A DNA stretch of 64,000 bases, from the NCBI GenBank assembly GCA_001768735.1, contig MEMB01000002.1, positions 699,031 through 763,030 on the forward strand. Reading direction: 5' to 3'. The first letter of the stretch is position 1, and the number at the start of each line of letters is the position of its first letter. This document shows positions 1 to 9,271 of this stretch, piece by piece. A program made the translations under genes and the position numbers. The notes below the pieces were generated by a model that did not search any database, was not told where the DNA came from, and saw only the letters and a list, made by a program, of their open reading frames with translations. Source of the stretch: Alphaproteobacteria bacterium GWF2_58_20. GTDB lineage: Bacteria; Pseudomonadota; Alphaproteobacteria; UBA1247.

Positions 1-503
1 TCTGCGGAATGGCCGCGGAGAAATTTGCATCATCATCGACCACCGTCCCTCATCCCCTGAAACGCCTTCCATCCTTTTTTCCGGCCCGGACGCAGCCCTT
101 GAGCGCCGGCCAGATGAAACCGTCTTCCTGCCGGCCTTCCCGGAACATTTCCTTGAAACCGCAAAAACCTGCGACAGCATCCTTGTTGTCGAGGTCACGG
201 ACATATCCCCCGAAGAACTTTCCGGTACGAAAGATCTTCCCAAAAACCACATTTCCCGAATTTACGACGCCAAGGTGAGCCATGAGTGAGCTGGTACACC
301 CAAACAAACCGACGTGCATATGCTGCGTCCTCGCACGGACAAGGGCATTGGACAAACCAGAAAGAAAAAGACCAGAAAAAACATAGGAAACATCCCGCCC
401 AACATCCATCGCGAAACCAGCACAAGGAGAAACCCCAATAAACGCCTGCAAGCCATAAAAAACAAAAAAGGCAGCAGGCAAAGAACAGACAGGAACAAAA
501 GCG

Positions 504-1793
504 ATGACAGACAAGCCCAGCAATGCGCGCATCCATGATTTTCTTGAATACGGTCCCGTCGAGGTTTCTTCCGGCGGAAAACCCGAAACTTCATGGTGGA
601 GGCGAAAAATTGTCGCCGTCATCGCCGGGATCGGAATCCTTGTCAGCTTGGCCGCCTCACCCGTCCGCGCTGCCTCTCCGCAAAGGGAAAAACAAAAGTT
701 TCAGGAAAGAACGGCCAAAGAATTCCAGCAGAAGCTGGACAATACCCGGGAAGACCAAACCCTCATCTTCCTCGACCACAAGCGCGCCAAGGAAAGCGCT
801 GCCTACATTCTTTCCACCCTCAACAAGTACACCAAGCGTGACGAACGCCGCCTGGTAACATTTGAAAGCGCCCTCAAGATCAAAAAAATTGCAAACGAGA
901 CCACAACCGGTTTCCTTTATCGCGTTCCCGTTCTTTCCGGTCTGAATCCGAAAAACCCAAACCACCGCTGCGCCGTCGGTATGGGAAACATGCCGGAGGT
1001 CAGCCGCGACGAGCTCAAGACCCTGCTCAGCGGCAAATACGCGCAAATCCTGTTCAAACCGGACTTCCCCGCCAATTTTGAGGAAATGACCCGCGCCGTC
1101 TGCTACCATGAAGCCTTTGGCCACGGCACCGAGGGCGAAGATCTCTACATGATGAAAGCGGATCCTTCCTTCCGCCGCAACCTTAAGGAACTCAGGGCTG
1201 ATATCGCCGCCATGGTGGGCACAACAAGGGACACGGGAACCACTCGCATCGGACAAACCATGTGCCACCTGCGCACCATGTCCACTTTCAAGCAGACGCT
1301 GACAATCCTTCAATACAACGCTCCGAAACACCTGCCGGCTGTTTACGGCTACAACATCGGCCCCAACAGCCAGCGGGCAATCGACATCATGAACGGCATC
1401 CTCGCCCAGCCCGGCGGCAAGGACATGGTCACCAGCCTCGATGACGCTGGTGTTGTGCGAATGACCAACAGCATCTTTGAACAGGTTCGCCCAAGCTTTG
1501 AGAACTTCAAGAAGGATTGCACTGCTGTCCTTGGCCTGGCCACATGTGAAAAGAACATTTCTTTCAAAACCAGCTCGACAACCACCATCCCGGCAAAAAT
1601 CCTCTGCCGGCAAACGCCTGACATGACGTTACGCATCCAGTCATTCCTCCGGCATCTTGACCGCGCCGAGGGATCCTTGCTGAAAAAAGACTTTTTTCCC
1701 AAGCCTCGCCGGGTCACGTGGGCCGAAGAAAGCCATCTGCTGGCCAATGCCAGCCGTCGCACCCACGTGGCTGCACCCAGACCAACGCCTTGA
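504..1793 (+). CDS. membrane-anchored putative metallopeptidase-like protein, paralog A. It has an N-terminal cytoplasmic segment, one TM helix and an extracytoplasmic domain carrying HEAFGH
   Basis: 429-aa ORF. Positive-inside WWRRK followed by one hydrophobic helix (IVAVIAGIGILVSLAA). Motif YHEAFGH, then ELRADIAAM 27 residues downstream. Clear paralogy to the ORFs at 2143..3360 and 58808..60091. Confidence 0.6.
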   Translation: MTDKPSNARIHDFLEYGPVEVSSGGKPETSWWRRKIVAVIAGIGILVSLAASPVRAASPQREKQKFQERTAKEFQQKLDNTREDQTLIFLDHKRAKESAAYILSTLNKYTKRDERRLVTFESALKIKKIANETTTGFLYRVPVLSGLNPKNPNHRCAVGMGNMPEVSRDELKTLLSGKYAQILFKPDFPANFEEMTRAVCYHEAFGHGTEGEDLYMMKADPSFRRNLKELRADIAAMVGTTRDTGTTRIGQTMCHLRTMSTFKQTLTILQYNAPKHLPAVYGYNIGPNSQRAIDIMNGILAQPGGKDMVTSLDDAGVVRMTNSIFEQVRPSFENFKKDCTAVLGLATCEKNISFKTSSTTTIPAKILCRQTPDMTLRIQSFLRHLDRAEGSLLKKDFFPKPRRVTWAEESHLLANASRRTHVAAPRPTP

Positions 1794-1865
1794 TATCTCT
1801 TCGATGGGGAAGGAAAGTCCATTTTCCTTCCCCATTTCCCCTCCAGTCAAAAAAAGGCCGGTCCA

Positions 1866-2125
1866 TGACAAGGTATTGTTCCTCCCGCCTACACGATTTT
1901 CTTGAACACAAAAAGGAAGGACCAGACCTGCTTAGCCCCAATGTCCGTTCATCTCCATACATCAGACACCTACGCGAAGTGCGCTCGGACATTGCCGCCA
2001 CCATCTGTCTTGCGCAGATGGATGGACACACCCGCACGGGGCGCAGCATAGCCATGGATTCCAACAGACTGGTTCTCCGCCGACCTAAGCCTGCGACACC
2101 GCTTCCAAAACCATCCATGCCATAA
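1866..2125 (+). pseudogene. truncated remnant of the same paralog family; it has no TM helix and no HEx(x)xH motif
   Basis: 86-aa ORF. RLHDFLEHKKEGPDLL resembles the family N-terminus, and IRHLREVRSDIAATICLAQMDGHTRTGRSIAM is about 75% identical to residues of paralog B (IRHLMEVRSDIAASICMARMDGHTCTARSIAM). The sequence between those two segments is missing. Confidence 0.4.
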
Positions 2126-2142
2126 CATCATATCCAGACAGG

Positions 2143-3360
2143 ATGCACGACATGTCTTCTCCCAACCTCGACCGCATTCAGGAGTTTTTGAACACACCAA
2201 AGCTTGAGGCCGCGCAGGGCGGGCAGAAGACAGGCTGGTGGCGCAAGCGTCTGGCCACCATTTTCCTGGGGGTCGGTTTCCTGCTGGGCAGCGCCTTTGC
2301 ACTCAACCGCCCCATGGGCGCTGATGACGTGTTCTCCAAGGAAAAATACAAAAAATACATTACCGATGCACAGGCATCCGTCAATGCCATCAAGGACAAT
2401 CGCCCCATTGCCATCATAGATCGCACCCCGGTCAAAAATGACATCCTCATTATCATCGGCAGCATGGTCGAGGCGCTCAACCAGAAAGGGAAACCGCTGA
2501 AAAACATCTCGGTGGCCCTGAGAGTCAAGGAAGAAATGCCCGGTATGACCGGGATGGCCTGGCGCATCCGCAATGACAGCACACAAGCTCTCCCTGATCT
2601 GGGAATTGTCCTGCCCATGCATCCGTCCACCACCGCCCGTGCCAAGATGCGTTCTTACGCCAATCTGCCTTTGGGATTTTTTTTCCGGAAAGATCTCCCC
2701 GTTTCAACCTTCCACACCGCCATGTTCACATACTGGCATGAGGCCTTTGGACACTGCACCGAAGGTGCCGACTTGCTGGGCGTCCCCTACAACCAACATA
2801 TCCGCCACCTCATGGAAGTCCGATCCGACATTGCGGCATCCATTTGCATGGCCCGCATGGATGGCCACACCTGCACGGCACGTAGCATTGCCATGATCCG
2901 GGATATTGGCATTTATTTCAATTTCAAGCATTTCAAGAACACAAGCTGGATCAGGGAAAGTCCGGCCAGCGCCTGCATCTACAATCTCGGCCCCACATCC
3001 CGCATGGCCTGTGACGAGATTGACCGCATTCTCGCGGATCCCGTCAAGGCCAAGGCCTTCCGCAACATGGATCCGACAGCGACGGTGGCCCTGACCAACG
3101 AAATTTTTGACAAGGTCAAACCTTCAAAAGCTCTCTCCCTGCTCCGGGCAAGCATCATCCGCGATGCCATCCTTCAGGAAACGGATGAGACCATCAAGGC
3201 CAGGGTTGACGCTAATGAAGACCTCAAGCTCCAGACTGCTCTCTACCTCAAACAAGTCAACCAGTCAAAAGCCTGCATGCTGTCCCCGTTGCGCAAGGAA
3301 TTTCCCCTGCCACCGGTGCTCAGCCCGCCCATGCCCGTCCCCGCCAAACCCGGCGCATGA
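2143..3360 (+). CDS. membrane-anchored putative metallopeptidase-like protein, paralog B (HEAFGH)
   Basis: 405-aa ORF. GWWRKRLATIFLGVGFLLGSAFAL forms a TM helix. WHEAFGHCTEG and EVRSDIAAS line up with paralog A. The C-terminus is Pro-rich. Confidence 0.6.
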   Translation: MHDMSSPNLDRIQEFLNTPKLEAAQGGQKTGWWRKRLATIFLGVGFLLGSAFALNRPMGADDVFSKEKYKKYITDAQASVNAIKDNRPIAIIDRTPVKNDILIIIGSMVEALNQKGKPLKNISVALRVKEEMPGMTGMAWRIRNDSTQALPDLGIVLPMHPSTTARAKMRSYANLPLGFFFRKDLPVSTFHTAMFTYWHEAFGHCTEGADLLGVPYNQHIRHLMEVRSDIAASICMARMDGHTCTARSIAMIRDIGIYFNFKHFKNTSWIRESPASACIYNLGPTSRMACDEIDRILADPVKAKAFRNMDPTATVALTNEIFDKVKPSKALSLLRASIIRDAILQETDETIKARVDANEDLKLQTALYLKQVNQSKACMLSPLRKEFPLPPVLSPPMPVPAKPGA

Positions 3361-3392
3361 AAAAAAGGGAGAGCCACGCTCTCCCTTTTTTT
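3361..3392. terminator. rho-independent terminator, bidirectional
   Basis: GGGAGAG-ccacg-CTCTCCC stem with an A-run before and a T-run after. It sits between convergent genes. Confidence 0.6.
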
Positions 3393-3410
3393 CTTGGCCA
3401 TGCGCATGAC

Positions 3411-4157
3411 TTACCGGTTGCTGAAATAGCGGTCGTTGCCTATGGCATGCGCAAGGTGCAGCCCCATCGCCGCCATCTCGCGACTGAACACTTCGAAATT
3501 TTCATCGAAACATTCGACCTGAATGAATACCCTGTTGCCTGCAAGGAGCTGTTTCATGCCGGCAATGGCTGTGGCCTCATGGCCTTCGATGTCAATCTTG
3601 AGGAACAAGTTTTCATCGCGCAGGGGAAGGAATTCGTCCAGCGCCACGCAAGGCAACTCCACCGCGTTTTCGCCCACGCCCACGCGGGATTGCCCCGTAA
3701 CACTCTCGTCATAATGCAGGAAGCTGATGGTGCCGGTTTTCTCCGACACGGCCTTGTCCACAATCTCTATCTTGCCCACCAGTCCATTGAGCAGGATGTT
3801 GGCTTCCAGCTGGTAACGGTTCCGGATATCGGGTTCAAAGGCCACTACCCGGCTGGCCAGTTTTTTGGCTGCAACCAGAATGCTGTAATAGCCAATATTG
3901 GCTCCCACATCGAGGAAGATTCCCCCGGGAGCCTTGGCCATTTCCCCCAAAAAATAATCCAGCTGTTCGCGCTCGAAATCATCATAAAAGGCAATCTGCC
4001 GATCGACAAAATTTCGGTAATGCAACAGGAACACCGATCCACGCGAAGGCTTCAGCGCAAAACCATTTGGCCAGGTCATGCGCGCAACCAGCTTGCCGAA
4101 ACTCGGAACCAGACGCTTCAATATGGGGAGGTTGTAACGCGCAGGGTTGAAGGACAT
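3411..4157 (-). CDS. FkbM-family SAM-dependent methyltransferase
   Basis: 248 aa. LDVGANIGYYS is the FkbM-type glycine-rich motif. It is divergent from manC. Confidence 0.7.
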   Translation of the reverse strand: MSFNPARYNLPILKRLVPSFGKLVARMTWPNGFALKPSRGSVFLLHYRNFVDRQIAFYDDFEREQLDYFLGEMAKAPGGIFLDVGANIGYYSILVAAKKLASRVVAFEPDIRNRYQLEANILLNGLVGKIEIVDKAVSEKTGTISFLHYDESVTGQSRVGVGENAVELPCVALDEFLPLRDENLFLKIDIEGHEATAIAGMKQLLAGNRVFIQVECFDENFEVFSREMAAMGLHLAHAIGNDRYFSNR

Positions 4158-4385
4158 GTCTCACTCACTTCCAGAAAAAATGTCACGCACCAAAATGACA
4201 ACAGGCAGGCCCCCCATAGCCATCTGGCACAATGACTGAAGGTTTTAGCAGCCCATCCCATTTCAGGCAATCATCTTCTCAATTAAAGCATTTTCAACAA
4301 AAACGGGCAACTTGATTGCCATCTCCTTGCAGAGGAGATACAATTTTCCATCAAATCCAGGTCAAAATTCCAGACAAGAGAGCCC

Positions 4386-5864
4386 ATGTCCAACAAAACG
4401 CGTATCCAGCCTGTCATTCTTTGCGGTGGTTCCGGCACCCGCCTCTGGCCCCTTTCGCGCACAGGATTTCCAAAACAATTTCTCAGCCTCACCGGAAACA
4501 GCACCCTGTTCCAGCAGGCTATCCAGCGTCTGTCCATGACAGGGGGCAAAAAACATCCCGTGTCCGCTCCCATGATCGTTATCAACGAAGAACACCGTTT
4601 CATTGCCATTGAACAACTGAGGGAAACAGGCATTGAACCTGGCCCTGTCCTGCTTGAACCGGTTGGACGCAACACAGCCCCTGCCCTGACGCTTGCCGCC
4701 CTGTCCGCACAGGAAACGGGGGATGACCCCATCCTTGTCGTAACCCCTTCCGACCAGATGGTCACCGATCTCCCCATCTTTACCACAGCCATACAACAAG
4801 CAATTGATGAAGCCATGCATGACAGCATGGTCATCCTTGGCATTTCCCCAAACCGCCCTGAAACCGGATATGGTTATATCAAGGCAGGCGCCCCCGCCAA
4901 TACCAAAGCAGTCTTGACCCCAACTTTTATTGTTGAATGTTTTGTTGAAAAACCTGATGAAGCAACCGCAAAACATTATCTTGAAGAAGGCGGTTACTTC
5001 TGGAATGCTGGAATATTCGTACTCAAGGCTTCCGTATGGCTCAAAGCCATTGAACATTTTTGCCCGGAAATCTCCAAGGCAACCCGCAAGGCATGGGCAC
5101 ACCGCACAACAGACACTCATTTCATCCGCCCAGGGAAAGCGGAATTTTCCAGCGTTCCGGCCAAATCCATCGATTATGCCGTCATGGAACACTGTCCCGG
5201 CAGTCCATTCCCCATCAGGATGGTTCCACTCGACGCCGGCTGGAGCGACCTTGGAGCTTGGGACGCCATATGGGACAACCTTCCGAAGGATGAATGCGAC
5301 AACGCCCATCTGGGCGACGTTGTGACCACCGACAGCCACAACACCCTGGTGCACGCCACCAGCCGCCTTGTCAGCCTGGTGGGCGTGGACAACCTTGTCA
5401 TTATCGAAACCCCGGATGCCATACTGGTTGCCAACAAATCACGAAGCCACGACGTAAAACACATTGTCAACCAACTGGATGCGCAAAAACGCCATGAACA
5501 CACACACCACCGAAAGGTATACCGCCCGTGGGGCTGGTACGACAACCTTGAAACCGGCCCCTTTTTCAAGGTCAAGCGCATCCAGGTCAAGCCCAAAGCC
5601 AGCATAAGCCTGCAAAAGCACAATCATCGCGCCGAACACTGGATTGTCATTGAAGGGACTGCGGAAATCACCTGTGGCGAAAAGCGCCTGACACTGTCCA
5701 TGAACCAGTCAACTTATATTCCATTGGGGGAAACCCACAGGCTTTCAAACCCGGGCGACACCCCGCTTGAAATCATCGAAGTGCAATCGGGCAGTTATCT
5801 GGGCGAAGACGACATTGTGCGCTTTGCAGACCAATATGGACGCATGGAAATCCAGAGCATTTAA
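4386..5864 (+). CDS. manC: mannose-1-phosphate guanylyltransferase / mannose-6-phosphate isomerase (bifunctional, with a C-terminal cupin)
   Basis: 492 aa. The N-terminus VILCGGSGTRLWPLSR is the nucleotidyltransferase G-loop. The C-terminal cupin carries EHWIVIEGTAEI. Confidence 0.85.
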   Translation: MSNKTRIQPVILCGGSGTRLWPLSRTGFPKQFLSLTGNSTLFQQAIQRLSMTGGKKHPVSAPMIVINEEHRFIAIEQLRETGIEPGPVLLEPVGRNTAPALTLAALSAQETGDDPILVVTPSDQMVTDLPIFTTAIQQAIDEAMHDSMVILGISPNRPETGYGYIKAGAPANTKAVLTPTFIVECFVEKPDEATAKHYLEEGGYFWNAGIFVLKASVWLKAIEHFCPEISKATRKAWAHRTTDTHFIRPGKAEFSSVPAKSIDYAVMEHCPGSPFPIRMVPLDAGWSDLGAWDAIWDNLPKDECDNAHLGDVVTTDSHNTLVHATSRLVSLVGVDNLVIIETPDAILVANKSRSHDVKHIVNQLDAQKRHEHTHHRKVYRPWGWYDNLETGPFFKVKRIQVKPKASISLQKHNHRAEHWIVIEGTAEITCGEKRLTLSMNQSTYIPLGETHRLSNPGDTPLEIIEVQSGSYLGEDDIVRFADQYGRMEIQSI

Positions 5865-5865
5865 C

Positions 5866-6036
5866 GTTTAGAGCCTTGAGCGTTTAGATTGAACAATTCC
5901 TGTTGATCTTGGGATGAGCCAGACCGCAAGGCGAAAACCGCAGGGCGATGCGGGCATCGTCCAAGGTTTGAAAACACGGCGGATGGCCATCAAAAGGCAA
6001 CAGGGGTATTCAAGATGAACGCTCAAGGCTCTAAAT
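5866..6036. repeat. MITE-like palindromic element, full-length copy of a dispersed family
   Basis: Terminal inverted repeats tttagagccttgagcgtttagattgaa (5867..5893) and ttcaagatgaacgctcaaggctctaaa (6009..6035). The internal segment ttgaacaattcctgttgatcttggga recurs at 55716..55764. Confidence 0.55.
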
Positions 6037-6093
6037 GCTCCAGCGTCACAAAGGCCGTTTTCATGATTTTACAGGATAAGGCAAAAAAGCCGA

Positions 6094-6169
6094 TGGCGTC
6101 CCCTAGGGGATTCGAACCCCTGTTGGCGCCGTGAGAGGGCGCTGTCCTAGGCCTCTAGACGAAGGGGAC
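6094..6169 (-). tRNA. tRNA-Glu (anticodon CUC)
   Basis: The reverse complement is GTCCCCTTCGTCTAGAGGCCTAGGACAGCGCCCTCTCACGGCGCCAACAGGGGTTCGAATCCCCTAGGGGACGCCA. It folds as a cloverleaf with a 7-bp acceptor stem, a TTCGAAT T-loop and anticodon loop CTCTCAC. Confidence 0.85.
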
Positions 6170-6244
6170 TTGTCTTCATCGAAGCTGCGGGGCTTATAAC
6201 CCGCCCTTCCTGTATTGGCAAGCGGAATTTATGCTGCAAAAACC

Positions 6245-7432
6245 TCAGGGCCCGGGACGCGGAACATCGCTCCCGGAATGTCTCCGTTTTTTCTGCGCAA
6301 TTTCTGCCTCGCGCCGCCGCATGAAGACTGCAATGCCTGCGGCCCCCAAAACGCCCATCAGGAAAACCCATTTCTCCGCATCATGCCCGCAAGGTTCTTG
6401 TGGCATCGCAGGTGGCAGGACAGGCGCCCGCGTCCGGACACCGGGAAGCTTTGCCCCCGGAAACAGGACAGCAAGCTTGGCGTGGGTTGCGGAAGAAACG
6501 CCGGAATAGCGGGTGTTCTTTTTGGAAAAACCCGGCAATTGGCGAGAAACACCCCCCAAGCCATTCAAGCTCATGCTGGCCACAAGATCAGGACTCTCGT
6601 AGGTATCTCCGGGCCACGCAAGAACCCTTCCCTCTGCCTTTGCTTCCCGCTTCATGTCCTCAAGAATGCGCATGCAGGCATTTTCGTAAACCGTGCAAAG
6701 CGGCGAGTCAAAAAAGGCATCAAACACGGCCAGCCGGGCACTTTCCGTTGCCGTTTCAGGATTTGCGGCATACGCGCATTCCCAGGCTTCCGCCAAAGGT
6801 TTCTGGGCATCTCTGGAAAGACAGGAAGCCCAGGCCTGCCCGCCCATTTGCCAGGCAGCTTCTGTCCCGACCGTGCGCGCAATGGCTTCTGAAACCTTGT
6901 ATTCCAGAAAACATTCCGACAGGGAACGATTGGACATTTGCATCAATCCAAGCCCAAACTGCTGCACATGGGTCATTTCATGCAGCAGCGTTGGAACAAG
7001 CTCATCATCCTGATAAAGCTGGCTCAGGAAAACCGTTTCCATCCGCCGATGGGTTTCCCCGTGAAACTGCCGTGCCCGAAGCATGTCTTCAAAAAACATC
7101 AGGCGCCAATCCGTTCCAACATCCTGCCCAAAAAGGCGTTTCCCCTGAAAAGATTGCTGGGCCCGCCTGACAATTTCAGCCAGGCGCATCTGCTCCACCT
7201 TCGTGCCTTCCAGCATGAAACCGGCGGGGATATCATCCATTCTGGCCAAGGATGCGGAAAGGAAAGTTTCCCGGGAACGTTGCTCCGCCCGGTTAAAGGC
7301 CTCAACAAGTTTTTTGACCGGCTTTACAGTCTCTGACCGCAAAACCTCCGGTTCTGGTGCGGCAGACAGAGCAGCCGCAAGACCAAGGGCTGCAACCCCA
7401 CCCAAAAGCCAGGATTTCAGGCTTTGCCTCAT
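6245..7432 (-). CDS. secreted or membrane-tethered hypothetical protein with an HEMTH (HExxH) motif
   Basis: 395 aa. N-terminal signal peptide (LLGGVAALGLAAALSAAP). LLHEMTHVQQFG motif. C-terminal hydrophobic helix (VFLMGVLGAAGIAVF) followed by a basic tail. Confidence 0.5.
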   Translation of the reverse strand: MRQSLKSWLLGGVAALGLAAALSAAPEPEVLRSETVKPVKKLVEAFNRAEQRSRETFLSASLARMDDIPAGFMLEGTKVEQMRLAEIVRRAQQSFQGKRLFGQDVGTDWRLMFFEDMLRARQFHGETHRRMETVFLSQLYQDDELVPTLLHEMTHVQQFGLGLMQMSNRSLSECFLEYKVSEAIARTVGTEAAWQMGGQAWASCLSRDAQKPLAEAWECAYAANPETATESARLAVFDAFFDSPLCTVYENACMRILEDMKREAKAEGRVLAWPGDTYESPDLVASMSLNGLGGVSRQLPGFSKKNTRYSGVSSATHAKLAVLFPGAKLPGVRTRAPVLPPAMPQEPCGHDAEKWVFLMGVLGAAGIAVFMRRREAEIAQKKRRHSGSDVPRPGP

Positions 7433-8310
7433 GCCGCATCCCCAAACAGGAAAACCAGTATCTGCTCCGGTGCATCGGCCACAAAATCGGCGTCAACCGG
7501 CCCCTGCTTGCGCGCCTCGGCACAAATCCGGATAAAATAGGGATGCACCTTGTCGAGTACCTCAAGACGCGCCAGGATTTTCTTTCCCCAGGCCGCATAA
7601 ATTCCCATAACGCCGCATTTGCGCGCCATGGCCACATCCCGCACGGGATGATCGCCGACCATCACGGCCTGCTCCGGTCTCACCTTCATTTCCGCAAGAA
7701 TGGCCTGCAGGATTTCCGGGTGGGATTTTGGCCCGTGATCCTCGATATTCGCCGCAAGACGCAAGACAAAGCCGTGTTCATCCGGCAAAGACTCATAACG
7801 CGGCGGCTCGGCTGGATCATAGGTGCGTTCAGGCCCCCGATCCCCCGCCACGCAAACCAAGTCAAACAGGTCGCCGATGCCCAGATGCTCCATTTGGGCA
7901 AGAATGCGGCTGATGTTGGCATCCGAATAACAGGCGAGCTTCACGCCGCGGGCCTTGAGCGCTTGAAGCGTATCCACGAGCCCTTCATAAGGACGGATCA
8001 AGTCCTGCAAACAAGCCTCGTAAGCCCTGATCTCCGGCCCGTAGCGCTGCACCAGGTCATCTCCCGGATGCGCCCCCATGAGCCCCGCATGATGCGGGAT
8101 GGCCAGCGAATACTGAAACATGTTGGTATGCACATCAAAGACGGCCTTCATGCCTTCCATGACCACATCCCGCGAAAGGCCGCTTTTCCCGGCCAAATCA
8201 TCAATCAGGCGGGAAAAAGCCTGATCATGGGCACCGAAGCTTTCCCACAAGGTATTGTCGAAATCAAAAATGGCAAGCCTGATATCATGCATGGTCTTTT
8301 GATCTTTCAC
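7429..8310 (-). CDS. HAD-superfamily hydrolase, tandem paralog 1
   Basis: DIRLAIFDFDNTLW (DxDxT motif I) and MVGDHPVRDVAMA (motif IV). About 65% identical to paralog 3. Confidence 0.7.
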   Translation of the reverse strand: MKDQKTMHDIRLAIFDFDNTLWESFGAHDQAFSRLIDDLAGKSGLSRDVVMEGMKAVFDVHTNMFQYSLAIPHHAGLMGAHPGDDLVQRYGPEIRAYEACLQDLIRPYEGLVDTLQALKARGVKLACYSDANISRILAQMEHLGIGDLFDLVCVAGDRGPERTYDPAEPPRYESLPDEHGFVLRLAANIEDHGPKSHPEILQAILAEMKVRPEQAVMVGDHPVRDVAMARKCGVMGIYAAWGKKILARLEVLDKVHPYFIRICAEARKQGPVDADFVADAPEQILVFLFGDAA

Positions 8311-9170
8311 AGTTTCTCACCATCCCTAAACAGAAAACCCAAGACCTGCTCCGGTGCATCGGCCACGAAATCCGCCACCACCTGTGAACCCACACGTGCA
8401 TTTTCCCGCATTTGACGGAAATAGGGATGAATGTCGGCCATCACCTCAAGATGCTCCAGGCTGTCACGCCCCCAAGCCGCAAAAATCCCGGTCATCCCCA
8501 TCTTCATGGCCATGGCCACATCGCGCACAGGATGATCCCCCACCATGACCGCCTGCCCCGGCTCCACCCCAAACTCGGCACAAATGAAGGAAAAAACCTC
8601 CGGGTGCGATTTCGGACCAAAACCGTCACTGTTCAGCACCATGCGACAGGCGGGTTTTCCTTCGCCTCCCAGTTTCACATATTCCACCGGGCATGCGGGA
8701 TCATGAACATCTTCTCCCGCCGGACAAGCGCACAGGATGTCAAAAAAAGACGCAATTCCGATCATGTGCATCCTCTCCAGAACCCGCGTCATGGGGCTTT
8801 CCGAATAGCAGGCAAGCCGGATGCCGCGCTGAACCATATCCTCCAGCACCTCCAGCATCCCGTCATAGGGCTTGGCAAGACGGGCAATATTGCTGTCAAA
8901 TGCCGCTATGGCCGATGCAAATTTTTCCGTAAGGTTCTCGCCAGGATAGGCCTTCCGCAGCACCGGATTGAGCGGCACCGTTTTGGGATAATGGAAAATG
9001 TCACAGTTCTCTTCCAAAACCTGACGCATGCCGGAAAGAATTTCATCTGCCGCAATGCCGCTTTGCTCGGACAGGTCTGCCACAAGAAGCCGGACAGCCT
9101 GATCGTTGGTGCCGAAATTCTCCCAAAGGGTATTGTCAAAATCGAAAATGGCAAGACGGATGTCACGCAT
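8307..9170 (-). CDS. HAD-superfamily hydrolase, tandem paralog 2
   Basis: MRDIRLAIFDFDNTLWENFG and GDHPVRDVAMAMKMG. Overlaps paralog 1 by 4 nt. Confidence 0.7.
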   Translation of the reverse strand: MRDIRLAIFDFDNTLWENFGTNDQAVRLLVADLSEQSGIAADEILSGMRQVLEENCDIFHYPKTVPLNPVLRKAYPGENLTEKFASAIAAFDSNIARLAKPYDGMLEVLEDMVQRGIRLACYSESPMTRVLERMHMIGIASFFDILCACPAGEDVHDPACPVEYVKLGGEGKPACRMVLNSDGFGPKSHPEVFSFICAEFGVEPGQAVMVGDHPVRDVAMAMKMGMTGIFAAWGRDSLEHLEVMADIHPYFRQMRENARVGSQVVADFVADAPEQVLGFLFRDGEKL

Positions 9171-9271
9171 GGTCGCAATCCTTCGACAGAAAACAAGGAA
9201 TGGGAAACCCTATCAAGATTCCTTTTCCCTTGGCAACAAAAACCCATCCCATGCAATTTTCACGAAAACCA

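Noticed and set aside
50-622. 190-aa minus-strand ORF at the window start
   Set aside because: It overlaps the start of paralog A and the A-rich leader. The translation is compositionally odd (Phe/Gly/Val-rich from the poly-A/T tracts) and shows no recognisable motif. The region 1..300 is left unannotated.
3357-4235. 292-aa plus-strand ORF
   Set aside because: It is antisense to the FkbM methyltransferase, which carries a clear SAM-binding motif.
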